DNA of 46,213 nucleotides from an uncultured Methanosarcinales archaeon (GTDB lineage Archaea; Nanobdellota; Nanobdellia; Woesearchaeales; JAGVZT01): NCBI GenBank assembly GCA_964419615.1, contig CAYQPU010000009.1, positions 1 to 46,213 of the forward strand, read 5' to 3'. Shown piece by piece: positions 16,842 to 25,561 of this stretch (position 1 is its first letter; each line of letters starts with the position of its first letter). The notes under the pieces were generated by a model. It saw only the letters and a program-made list of their open reading frames with translations, ran no database searches and was not told where the DNA came from. The position numbers and the translations under genes were made by a program.

Positions 16842-16868
16842 GTGAAGAATTTACTTATGGCTTAAGAG
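16842..16868. repeat. Degenerate third copy of the 106-bp repeat core
   Basis: GTGAAGAATTT-ACTTATG----------GCTTAAGAG vs GTGAAGAATTTAACTTATG[TTTGATCTTG]GCTTATGAG. Confidence 0.45.
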
Positions 16869-16879
16869 AAGAATAGGTA

Positions 16880-17056
16880 TTATACTTCAAACAATTCAAT
16901 TAATTTATTCTGAATTTGTTTAACTTTTTCTTTATTGAGTACACCCACTCTTTTTTTAATCAATGATTTTTCTGCTGCAAATAATCTGTTGGGTCTTGCA
17001 GCACTTGATATTGGGAGATCACCTTTTTGAACATCTCCTTTTACAAATCTTTCCAT
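16880..17056 (-). pseudogene. mazF: MazF/PemK toxin with an in-frame internal deletion (58 aa)
   Basis: Not in ORF track: MERFVKGDV|QKGDLPISSAARPNRLFAAEKSLIKKRVGVLNKEKVKQIQNKLIELFEV; PemK-type N- and C-termini fused, with the PFPF/KxRPALV/QITS core missing; start overlaps the antitoxin end WKDL*. Confidence 0.85.
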
Positions 17057-17280
17057 ATTTTATCCTCTTGATCCCAATCCTTAGCAAGTGCTCTCTGACT
17101 AGCCAAAACAGTCTCAAGTCTTTTGGAAACCTTTTTCAAAGGTCTAATCTCAATCCTGTCTTTATATGCAAGGATTGCTACTTTACTTCCAGTCTTAAAC
17201 TCTTTTGATCTAATTTCCTTAGGTATTGATATTTGGCCTTTGCTTGTAATAGTTGCAGTTTTCATTTCAATAATCTCCAT
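17041..17280 (-). CDS. AbrB/MazE-type antitoxin
   Basis: TATITSKGQISIPKEIR; acidic tail DWDQEDKIWKDL; ATG 17280 with SD AGGTGA. Confidence 0.9.
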   Translation of the reverse strand: MEIIEMKTATITSKGQISIPKEIRSKEFKTGSKVAILAYKDRIEIRPLKKVSKRLETVLASQRALAKDWDQEDKIWKDL

Positions 17281-17421
17281 GTCAATCACCTTCTTACAAG
17301 TAAGGAAAGTAAGATTGACTAATAAATGTTATGTTAGATTAACATTATGTTGCTGTTTTTAACAGTTACTCACAAACACACAGAAACTTTCCAACTCCAG
17401 AAATCGAGAATTATTATTTTT

Positions 17422-17712
17422 TTAGTCCAGTTTTCCAAGATAATTCTTAAGATCTTTATATCCTTTATCTCTATCAAGAATACATAATATCTTAATGTAA
17501 GGTTTATCAACAAGATAAATTAATCTCTTTTCTTTCTGATTATCCTCAAACCTCACTTTAAATAAAAAAAGATTGTAGCCTAAAATTTGTTTATACCTAA
17601 ATGGGTTTTGCTTTAATAGTCTAAACTTATCACCAAGTATTCTTCTTGATTTTTCACTAAGTTCATCTAATTGATGTAAAAAGAATTTTGTGGGCCTTAA
17701 AATGTATATCAT
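17422..17712 (-). CDS. RelE/ParE-family toxin
   Basis: YILRPTKFFLHQLDEL..LKQNPFRYK..KRLIYLVD; start overlaps the stop of the RHH gene. Confidence 0.8.
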   Translation of the reverse strand: MIYILRPTKFFLHQLDELSEKSRRILGDKFRLLKQNPFRYKQILGYNLFLFKVRFEDNQKEKRLIYLVDKPYIKILCILDRDKGYKDLKNYLGKLD

Positions 17713-17945
17713 AGTTTCTTGAATAGCTGTTTTTCTGTTCCATATAGTTTCTTAGCTTCACTGGCTTTAAACAATTTATTGATTAAAACCAATTCTTCCA
17801 TTGATAAATCTGGTTCATCAAACAGTTTTTCCCTGATTGTCTCTCTAATAAAATCCTGTAAGCTAGCAAATCCTTTCTCATTTGCATGTTTATTTGCAGA
17901 TTTTAGTAGTTTTTCAGGCATTCTAACATTTATCTGTTTTGTCAT
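17709..17945 (-). CDS. RHH antitoxin
   Basis: MTKQINVRMPEKLLKSANKHANEKGFASLQDFIRETIREK; ATG 17945 is about 23 nt from the TATA box. Confidence 0.85.
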   Translation of the reverse strand: MTKQINVRMPEKLLKSANKHANEKGFASLQDFIRETIREKLFDEPDLSMEELVLINKLFKASEAKKLYGTEKQLFKKL

Positions 17946-17956
17946 GATACCAGATG

Positions 17957-17975
17957 ATACCATTTGGTATTTAAA
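17957..17975 (-). promoter_or_regulatory. Operator palindrome + TATA of the RHH-RelE operon
   Basis: ATACCA-TT-TGGTAT (17957-17970), repeated TGATACCA, overlapping TTTAAATA. Confidence 0.6.
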
Positions 17976-18076
17976 TATTATGCAAAAAAATGTAATTATT
18001 TTAGTGTACATTCTATTGTTAATTTAATATTATGCTTAAGTAATCCAAAAATCTTCCGAAACAAAAAACAATAAAA

Positions 18077-18415
18077 TCAAACATCTAATCCTTCCCTGAT
18101 ACTCTCTGCTATCTTGGTCTCAATATCCTCAATATGATGTCTATGCCCTTTCATCACTATACTAACACTAGTAGATTCTGTTTTTGAGTATGTATCATCA
18201 GTCCATTCACAGGTTCCATGATATACTATTGTAACTCCCCAAACATGCCAAATATTAACAACACCACCAACACATTTTAGGTCATTGGGATTTGGATGCA
18301 TTGGATATGTTTTATTAAATATATTTGACTCTGACCATAAGTTCTGCATTAATGCAAAAAAGTTCCCATCAATATATGCTCCTTCTGGTTTTCCAGAATA
18401 AAATGTTGCTTGCAT
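18077..18415 (-). CDS. Hypothetical protein (112 aa)
   Basis: ORF with plausible composition; no recognised motif. Confidence 0.65.
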   Translation of the reverse strand: MQATFYSGKPEGAYIDGNFFALMQNLWSESNIFNKTYPMHPNPNDLKCVGGVVNIWHVWGVTIVYHGTCEWTDDTYSKTESTSVSIVMKGHRHHIEDIETKIAESIREGLDV

Positions 18416-18479
18416 GATGAAATAAAATGACTTTGATTATTTATTTTTATCTTAAATTCTGGAATTATCATCAAAAAGC

Positions 18480-18509
18480 TTAAATATACCCAAGTATACC
18501 TCAGTATAC
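18480..18509 (+). promoter_or_regulatory. TATA plus three TATAC boxes at 10-bp spacing upstream of the antitoxin
   Basis: ATATAC 18484-18489, GTATAC 18494-18499, GTATAC 18504-18509. Confidence 0.55.
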
Positions 18510-18512
18510 AAT

Positions 18513-18809
18513 ATGTCAGCTACAACAATAAAAATACATAAAAAAACAAAGGCTGAAATTGATAAGTTTAGAGAATACAAGAGTGAAAGTTATGATGAAG
18601 TGTTAAAAAAGTTAGTATTCATTGCGAAAAAACTCAGTTCTGATCCGAAAATAAGTAAAGAAACTATTAATCAAATTCAAAAAGCCAGAAAAAGAATCCA
18701 ACAAGGTAACTTTGTTACTGAAGAAGAAGCCAGAAAAAGATTGGGGCTTAAGAATGTTCCAAATAATTTTCGACAGAAAAGCAATAAATTATCTAGAAAA
18801 ACAAAGTAA
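18513..18809 (+). CDS. Archaeal RelB-like antitoxin with a probable read-through tail
   Basis: MSATTIKIHKKTK..ESYDEVLKKL..IQKARKRIQQGNFVTEEEARKRLGL; this family usually ends at RLGL, here 19 extra residues overlap the toxin remnant. Confidence 0.8.
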   Translation: MSATTIKIHKKTKAEIDKFREYKSESYDEVLKKLVFIAKKLSSDPKISKETINQIQKARKRIQQGNFVTEEEARKRLGLKNVPNNFRQKSNKLSRKTK

Positions 18810-18855
18810 ACATATAAGTTGCAGAATATTTGACAAAATATTTACAAATAACTAA
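18754..18855 (+). pseudogene. relE: Truncated RelE toxin (33 aa)
   Basis: MFQIIFDRKAINYLEKQSKHISCRIFDKIFTNN*, the N-terminal strand-helix of RelE only, directly after ..RLGL. Confidence 0.7.
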
Positions 18856-18905
18856 TTATTTTCAAGTAACAAACTATAAATATATTTCTTCATTCCCAAA
18901 ATTAT

Positions 18906-20294
18906 ATGAGGAGAATCAAGAAAAAGGATTTAGTTTATGCTGCAAGGCGTGTTTTTGATTTTGCAGATAAAAAAGTTAATGTTATTTTACCTGATGAATC
19001 TATGGTTGACACTAGCATGCCGAACAGTAGCCATTATGCAGTATTTCATCTTCTCGGTATGCTCCGTCATTTATATAATGATGGTAGTAATGACAAAATT
19101 GCCTTTGGAAGATTTGGCAAGGTTGATTCAGATAATATAATCTTCATTGGTAATACTCAGACCAACCCAGAGATTGAACCTTTTGTTGATAAATTTAGAT
19201 ATGTTGTAACTGATCAACATGTTTATGATACAGAATCAAATCAAGAGGTAGCATCCCAAGGTTTGGACTTTGGTGCAGTCCAAGTTATAGAAAATGAAGG
19301 AAGGAAAATTTGGTGGATTGCTAGCTATGATCAGATAACTGAGGCTGGAACTTTGCTTGCAATGTTATCATCAAAGGCACATTTAGCTATTTACTCAATT
19401 CCAGATGAATTTACAGGATTAGTTAAAGTGAATGCAAAAGGTCATTCTATTAAAGACTCAACCCTAATGTTTGAACAAGAAGGATATTCTGTAGAGGTTG
19501 TTGTGGATGATGCAAATGATGTTAATAGGGTCATATTTAGACCCAGGATGCTAGAGTATTTCAAAACTGATCCTTTACTTCAGCTAGCACCACACAAACA
19601 TTTTTCCCCTATTGGATCAAAAAGACTTCATTCAGAGGACATTGTCTATCTACCAATTAAATCAAATAAGTCGGACTTAAATGACTGGGGAGCTTATGCT
19701 TTTATACCTGGTGTTTTTGAAGGTCACATTGAAGCAATCCTAGAGGATATTATGGGTATTTGGCCAAACTCAGATTCAATGAGTCACCTTCATGTACCAG
19801 TTTTAAGAAAAGATTATTGGAAAGCACATAAACTGGTAAACAAGCTATTAGAATTTAAAGACGGTGCAGAAATGCATAAATCACCATCAGGACATTTTGT
19901 TTTAAATGTTATTGATGTTTGTGAACCAAAGGGAAGTGGAGATGAATTTGAAGAAAAGGCAAGTTACCATCCTTTCAAGCGTGAAGATCATCAAAGATTA
20001 CTAAAGTATCCTGAGACTTCTTTACAGATTAATGACTTTCGGTTTTGGAACTCTGGTTTTAAACCAATGAGTTACCAATTAAAATGGTGGCTGCCAGAAG
20101 AGTCAAATAAAATATATAACATTCTAGTAAATTCTTTGATTCTTAATGCAGTCTCTAGTTCTGGTCCATTATTAATTGCAGAAGGAGATAAATCCCCGCT
20201 TGAATTATTGAAACTTAGAATCCCATTAAGAATTGGTAACACTCCAATGGAACTTGAAGAAATTATGGCTAATTGCAGTTGGTATTCAAAATAG
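18906..20294 (+). CDS. Hypothetical cytoplasmic protein (462 aa)
   Basis: Long ORF; N-half has NIIFIGNTQTNP..DFGAVQV..IWWIAS..EAGT resembling the NLI.IGGP..N alpha/beta module; C-half unrecognised. Confidence 0.8.
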   Translation: MRRIKKKDLVYAARRVFDFADKKVNVILPDESMVDTSMPNSSHYAVFHLLGMLRHLYNDGSNDKIAFGRFGKVDSDNIIFIGNTQTNPEIEPFVDKFRYVVTDQHVYDTESNQEVASQGLDFGAVQVIENEGRKIWWIASYDQITEAGTLLAMLSSKAHLAIYSIPDEFTGLVKVNAKGHSIKDSTLMFEQEGYSVEVVVDDANDVNRVIFRPRMLEYFKTDPLLQLAPHKHFSPIGSKRLHSEDIVYLPIKSNKSDLNDWGAYAFIPGVFEGHIEAILEDIMGIWPNSDSMSHLHVPVLRKDYWKAHKLVNKLLEFKDGAEMHKSPSGHFVLNVIDVCEPKGSGDEFEEKASYHPFKREDHQRLLKYPETSLQINDFRFWNSGFKPMSYQLKWWLPEESNKIYNILVNSLILNAVSSSGPLLIAEGDKSPLELLKLRIPLRIGNTPMELEEIMANCSWYSK

Positions 20295-20380
20295 AATTAA
20301 TAAAAAAATTAATAACTAAAAAACAAAACTTTTGCATGAAAAGTTGATTCTTCAGATTGAAAATCTGTTTGATGAGATTT

Positions 20381-23152
20381 TCAATAAACAAATATTGGCC
20401 TGTGTCTTGTTCTTCGTAGACCCTCATTGTAGATGTCTAGTCTCATGTCATAGATTCCAGGTGGCGTGTCTTTTGGGATCTCAATTATTAGATCCTTTGT
20501 GATTTCACCGTCTGCATCTACGCTCATTGGTCCTAGTCTTCTGCTTTTTGTAGGTATCCATGGAATGAATGCTTCAATTTTTGTTGATTTCATTTCACAG
20601 TATCCTTGGTTTTCAAAGCTTACAATGACTACTAGATCTTCTCCTGCTTTGACAAACTCATCATGCACAAATCCAATTCTGTCTATGTGAATTTTTGATT
20701 TTGGATCTGTTACATAGTTGTAATCACATTCTGTTTTTTTGTGGTGACATTGGTAATCTTGGCACCAGTCAAGTGTTAGTGGATTGTCATCATCACAATC
20801 CTCATCTTCCACACATTCAACATCACATTTGCCAGGGATTAGCATTAATTCAAAGTCATCTTCTTGACAACCACATACTGAATTACAGTCACCATAACCA
20901 TCTCTTACTCCAAGGTATGGTCCAAAACATTGTTCTTTTGATTGGTAGCACCAGTAATTATCATCTGTTCCAGGGTATTCACATTGTTCTGGAGAGATTA
21001 CTAGTCCATCTCCACAATAATAATCATATTCACACTCACATCCATTACATGATCCTTGCAAGCCGCAGTCTGAGTCTGTTTCACATTCTGCATCACATAA
21101 ATCAGAATCACATGTGTGACTGATTTCACAACTACTTGAGGAGGTACATGAATCTGTTAGTTCATCACATTCTGAGATGAATTCTTCTCTATAGTCCCAT
21201 GTGTATGGGTTATTGTCAGGATCATTGTCACATGTAGCTATTCCTTCTTTGTTATTTGATGAACATTCTATTTCTGGACCACTTATACATTGAGCATTTT
21301 CACAAGTCTCTTCACCATTGCAATAAAACTCATCATTACAGTCAAATCCACCTGCTCCAGTGACTTTACATTCAGCATCCATACATGAATAGTCTTCATA
21401 AATTAGCTGCGATCCACTACAATATTGGTTATCATAGTCATTACAATCTTCAACTTCGTCTGATATAGTTGTACATTCATAATCCAAACAGATTCCATCT
21501 TTGCGTACTACCATGTCATTTTCACAAAGATCTTCATCTAAATGATCACAATCATCATCTGTTTGACATTGTGTACATCTTGGATCATTTTCATAGATTG
21601 TTGGTGAGCTGCATGAGTTTTGTTCACAGCCACAACTATTTAGATCACATGAGTTAAATACATCATCATAATCATAATAGTCTGGACCAACGCATCCATC
21701 TAAATAGTCACATTCTGTTTCTTCACAATCATTTTCAAAGTCACATTCAGCTCCACATTCAATGTCACAGTATTCATATTCTACAGGTGCTGAACAGTCT
21801 GGGTAACAATCTGAACATTCACAATCAGAGCAACTGTTTTGGCAAGTTGAGCTGACAACTGTTGAATCCAAAATATGGTCTCCATCATATTCAATTAAGA
21901 TTCCATCTTGTTCACAATAATCATAATAGGTTTCTTCACATGAGTTATCAGAACAATCTCCACAGGATTCACAATCTGCTCCACAGTTGAATATGCTGCA
22001 TTCTGAGCTAATTGAATCATCTCCTGTTGTACATTCATCTAAATCTTCATTACATTCTGAGATAAATTCTTCTCGGTATTCCCATGTATATGGGTTTGAG
22101 TCATAGTCACAATCTGCAACTCCTTCAATATCATTTGCTGAGCAATCAACAGATGTTCCATCTACACATTGAGCAGCTTCACAAGTCTCATCTCCATTAC
22201 AGAACAAATCATCATCACAATATGTTGTTGATGAGCCAAATAAAGTACATTCTGCCATTAAACAAGTATAATCTTCTGTTATAATATTGTCTCCTGAACA
22301 TTCTGAATTATCATAATCATTACAGTTTTCAATTGTTGAGGTTTCTGCTTCACATTCATAATTAACACATACACCTTCTGTTTGTTTTAATAGATCTCCT
22401 GAACAAAAGTCTTCATCCAAATGATCACAGTCTGAGTCCTGTGTACATTCATAGTCATCAACATCCACATAAACATATTTGTGTTGCCAGTAGCTGCTTG
22501 TACACTTGCAATCATTATCCATTTTTGTCCAGACTGAAAAGTTGTAAGGACCTACTTGATCAACAGTGTAATCAAATTCTACTTCAAGATCATTATTGTA
22601 TTTAATCTTAACATCAGTTTGTTCAACATACTGATCATTAACATAAAAGTGAACATCAACATCTGAAGAGTAAAAATCTCTGACTTTATTAGGTACTGCT
22701 GCTGGTCCAGATGTAAGGTTATGTGAGCTTCTTACTGTTGCTGTAAGTGTGATTGTATCTCCTATACTTGGATTTGAATCAGATGATTCAAGTGATACGA
22801 CTCTTGCTGCACAACCATTTGCTTGGCTAAAGACCTTTGTATAAGACCAAGGACCATAACCAACAGATGGTGCTGTGTCAACAATAAACATTTTTGGTAA
22901 ATAGCATTCTTTGTAATCATATTCTGCAAAATATTTTTTACCAGATCCTTGTTCTGGAATCTCATAATTGTTAGGATTTCCATATAGATCATCTAGCTCA
23001 TATTCTAAGTTACTGCAAACTGAACTTTCACATTTGTAAACAGTTGTATGAAAATCTCCTTGCGGCGAGTTTAATGAAATGGCCACAGGATAAGCACTAG
23101 CAATAGATGCTAGTACTAGCATTATAAATAGAAATATTATCTGTTTTTTCAT
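20381..23152 (-). CDS. Secreted Cys-rich surface protein (923 aa) sharing its head domain with the giant; C-terminal Ig-like (CARDB/NEW3-like) domain
   Basis: AYPVAISLNSPQGDFHTTVYKC..YGNPNNYEIPEQ..GPW..CAARV..YNFSVWTKMDNDCKC.SSYWQHKYVY matches the giant's N-terminus; two ~160-aa Cys units; ends EIPKDTPPGIYDMRLDIYNEGLRRTRHRPIFVY. Confidence 0.92.
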   Translation of the reverse strand: MKKQIIFLFIMLVLASIASAYPVAISLNSPQGDFHTTVYKCESSVCSNLEYELDDLYGNPNNYEIPEQGSGKKYFAEYDYKECYLPKMFIVDTAPSVGYGPWSYTKVFSQANGCAARVVSLESSDSNPSIGDTITLTATVRSSHNLTSGPAAVPNKVRDFYSSDVDVHFYVNDQYVEQTDVKIKYNNDLEVEFDYTVDQVGPYNFSVWTKMDNDCKCTSSYWQHKYVYVDVDDYECTQDSDCDHLDEDFCSGDLLKQTEGVCVNYECEAETSTIENCNDYDNSECSGDNIITEDYTCLMAECTLFGSSTTYCDDDLFCNGDETCEAAQCVDGTSVDCSANDIEGVADCDYDSNPYTWEYREEFISECNEDLDECTTGDDSISSECSIFNCGADCESCGDCSDNSCEETYYDYCEQDGILIEYDGDHILDSTVVSSTCQNSCSDCECSDCYPDCSAPVEYEYCDIECGAECDFENDCEETECDYLDGCVGPDYYDYDDVFNSCDLNSCGCEQNSCSSPTIYENDPRCTQCQTDDDCDHLDEDLCENDMVVRKDGICLDYECTTISDEVEDCNDYDNQYCSGSQLIYEDYSCMDAECKVTGAGGFDCNDEFYCNGEETCENAQCISGPEIECSSNNKEGIATCDNDPDNNPYTWDYREEFISECDELTDSCTSSSSCEISHTCDSDLCDAECETDSDCGLQGSCNGCECEYDYYCGDGLVISPEQCEYPGTDDNYWCYQSKEQCFGPYLGVRDGYGDCNSVCGCQEDDFELMLIPGKCDVECVEDEDCDDDNPLTLDWCQDYQCHHKKTECDYNYVTDPKSKIHIDRIGFVHDEFVKAGEDLVVIVSFENQGYCEMKSTKIEAFIPWIPTKSRRLGPMSVDADGEITKDLIIEIPKDTPPGIYDMRLDIYNEGLRRTRHRPIFVY

Positions 23153-23153
23153 T

Positions 23154-24020
23154 TTATTTACCTGGAGGCGTGTCAGTATTGTCTGGTGGATTTGTTGTAA
23201 CTATCGGAACTTCAGTGTTACTTGGTGTTCCTTCTGGTGTTGGTGTTTCCGGTGTCTCTGGTGTCTCTGGTGTTTCATCACCAGTCACTGTTGTCAATGA
23301 TGGTTTTGGTGTCTCTTTTGGTCCTTCTGGTCTCGGTAAATACCATTGAGGAGATAATAACCAAGGGCTTTCACAACCATTAGCATCAATTCTTTTTGCT
23401 ACCACAAATACATGGTCATAATGATGAATTGCACTCTTTACTCTTTCACCAAAGAAATTCTCAGGTACAATGTAACCAACTTGAACATCATCAATCATAT
23501 GTGGTTCTAGCTGATCAACTGCAATGTTAAGGTATATATCAAGTTCGGGGTAAGTATTCCAAGAATCCCCACCACTAACTTCATCAGCCATAAATAAAAT
23601 TTTCAATAATGCAAGATCTTCAAATTCTGGAGTATCATAAAATCCGAAAAGATTCAATTCATCTGGACTTTCGGAAAAGTACTGTTCAAATCCAAGTTCT
23701 CTTGCTTTGTATGCATGAAATCTAATAAGTTCATCAGCTCTAACAACTCCATCTTGATAAGCAGGACTTATTTTTTCTTCAAGATCTATTTTTTGTTCGG
23801 CATCTGCTTCCCAGAAAGTCCAGGCATCATCTGGATGTGATAAACACAAATCTACACATTCATCTGGAACAGGTGTTGTTTCTACATCATAAGAACTAAC
23901 AAATTGTTCATTTTGAACCATATCAAAAGACGCTTGAGCATAAGCTTGAGTAATTCCTGTAACTGTTGCTACAGTAAGAAGTGTAAGTGGTATTGTAACA
24001 TATCTAGGCACATTTGTCAT
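23154..24020 (-). CDS. Exported protein with Pro/Thr/Glu-rich tail, closely coupled to the 923-aa gene
   Basis: N-terminal hydrophobic segment; (ETP)4 tail; stop TAA one base before the next ATG. Confidence 0.8.
   Translation of the reverse strand: MTNVPRYVTIPLTLLTVATVTGITQAYAQASFDMVQNEQFVSSYDVETTPVPDECVDLCLSHPDDAWTFWEADAEQKIDLEEKISPAYQDGVVRADELIRFHAYKARELGFEQYFSESPDELNLFGFYDTPEFEDLALLKILFMADEVSGGDSWNTYPELDIYLNIAVDQLEPHMIDDVQVGYIVPENFFGERVKSAIHHYDHVFVVAKRIDANGCESPWLLSPQWYLPRPEGPKETPKPSLTTVTGDETPETPETPETPTPEGTPSNTEVPIVTTNPPDNTDTPPGK
23242..23277. repeat. 9-bp x4 coding minisatellite (ETP repeats)
   Basis: GGTGTTTCC GGTGTCTCT GGTGTCTCT GGTGTTTCA. Confidence 0.85.
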
Positions 24021-24139
24021 TTTATCGAACCCCCTATTCTAAATCTAGAATACTACAAATATATTTAAACCTTTTGTTTTTGACACCATTTTTAAGTGAG
24101 AACAATAATCATTTATAATATATTTACTTAACTAAAGTA

Positions 24140-25228
24140 ATGATTTCCATTATTGGAGCTGGGCCTGCTGGCTGCCGTGCTGCTTATATATTAGAAAAAC
24201 AAGGCCTAGAAGTAAACGTATATGAAAAGAACAAAGAGATTGGAAAACCTGTCCAATGTACAGGTATTGTTTCTGATGCTTTTTTAAAAGTAATGAAACC
24301 AGATAAGTCTTTTATTACTAATAAGATCACAAAAACAAGGATCTATGCACCAAATAAAGTATCCATAGAAATTGACCTTAAGCCAAATTTTATATTAGAT
24401 AGAGTTAAGTTTGATAATTACCTAGCTAAAAAAGCTAAAAAGCATGGAGCAAAGTTTCATCTTGGTTCTGAGTTTGTTGATTTTAAAGATGGAGTAGCTA
24501 AGATCAAACAAGAAAATGATTTCAAAGAAATCAAACCAGATATCTTGATTGGCGCAGATGGTCCAACAAGTCAGGTAAACAAGGTGTGTATTGGTAATAA
24601 ACCTGAGTTTTTTGTTGGAGCACAGGCTAGAATCTATCTAGATAATGATAATGCTGTTGAGTTTTATCCTGGGATTGGTGATTTTGCCTGGGTTGTTCCT
24701 GAATCAAAGAAAATTGCTAGAATTGGGCTTGTTACTAGAAAAAATGCCAATCTAAAAGAGTTCTTAACAAATAGAATAGGTAAGAATTACAAATCAAAGG
24801 TGATTGATTATCAGGGAGGTGTTGTTCCTTTGTATGATCCAAATGTTAAAATCGTAAAGAATAATGTTTTTTTGGTTGGAGATGCTGCAAGTATGGTTAA
24901 GGCAACAACTGCTGGAGGTATTATACAAGGTTTGATTGGAGCAGAAGCTTTAGCAGACGCAATTAGTAATAACAAAGATTATGAGAAATTATGGAGACAA
25001 AAGCTAAATAAAGATCTCAAAGTTTCATTAATGTTAAGAAAGATGATGGATCAATTCTCAAGTAAAGATTATAATGATCTTATCAAGCTGTTTAATAAAA
25101 AAGATTTTAGAAAAGTTCTCGAAAAAAGAGATAGGGATAATGCATTGGGCTTGGTGTTTCACCTGGGTTTGGCATCATTAAAGCATCCTTCTGTATTGAA
25201 GTTTGGAAAGTTTCTAAGATTTATATGA
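24140..25228 (+). CDS. Geranylgeranyl reductase-family FAD oxidoreductase
   Basis: IIGAGPAG, GKPVQCTGIVS, LIGADGP, FAWVVP, LVGDAASMVKATTAGGI. Confidence 0.92.
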   Translation: MISIIGAGPAGCRAAYILEKQGLEVNVYEKNKEIGKPVQCTGIVSDAFLKVMKPDKSFITNKITKTRIYAPNKVSIEIDLKPNFILDRVKFDNYLAKKAKKHGAKFHLGSEFVDFKDGVAKIKQENDFKEIKPDILIGADGPTSQVNKVCIGNKPEFFVGAQARIYLDNDNAVEFYPGIGDFAWVVPESKKIARIGLVTRKNANLKEFLTNRIGKNYKSKVIDYQGGVVPLYDPNVKIVKNNVFLVGDAASMVKATTAGGIIQGLIGAEALADAISNNKDYEKLWRQKLNKDLKVSLMLRKMMDQFSSKDYNDLIKLFNKKDFRKVLEKRDRDNALGLVFHLGLASLKHPSVLKFGKFLRFI

Positions 25229-25475
25229 TTTCTTTTCTGTATGCCAAACTCCTGCCCGGTTTAGTTAAATAAAATTCAACAAATTCCCAAATCCCCTCAT
25301 TTTGTCCTTGTCTTTTTTGTTCATAATAAATAGTATTGGCTTTTGGATGAGTGTTTCTCCATTCCATAACAAGATCATATTCAGCTAAATTCAAGCCAAC
25401 AACAATTCCCAATCCAAAGGTGATAGACAATACTCCATAATTAAGATCTTCTAAAATATCAACCAGACCATCCAT
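25221..25475 (-). CDS. Small membrane hypothetical protein
   Basis: One hydrophobic segment VLSITFGLGIVVGLNLA. Confidence 0.6.
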   Translation of the reverse strand: MDGLVDILEDLNYGVLSITFGLGIVVGLNLAEYDLVMEWRNTHPKANTIYYEQKRQGQNEGIWEFVEFYLTKPGRSLAYRKEII

Positions 25476-25561
25476 TCTACCTGGAAATCAATAGAGTGTA
25501 ATAAGCTTTTCTGAATTAACAATCTTTATAAACAATATTTACTTCCTTTTATTGGGGGAAA

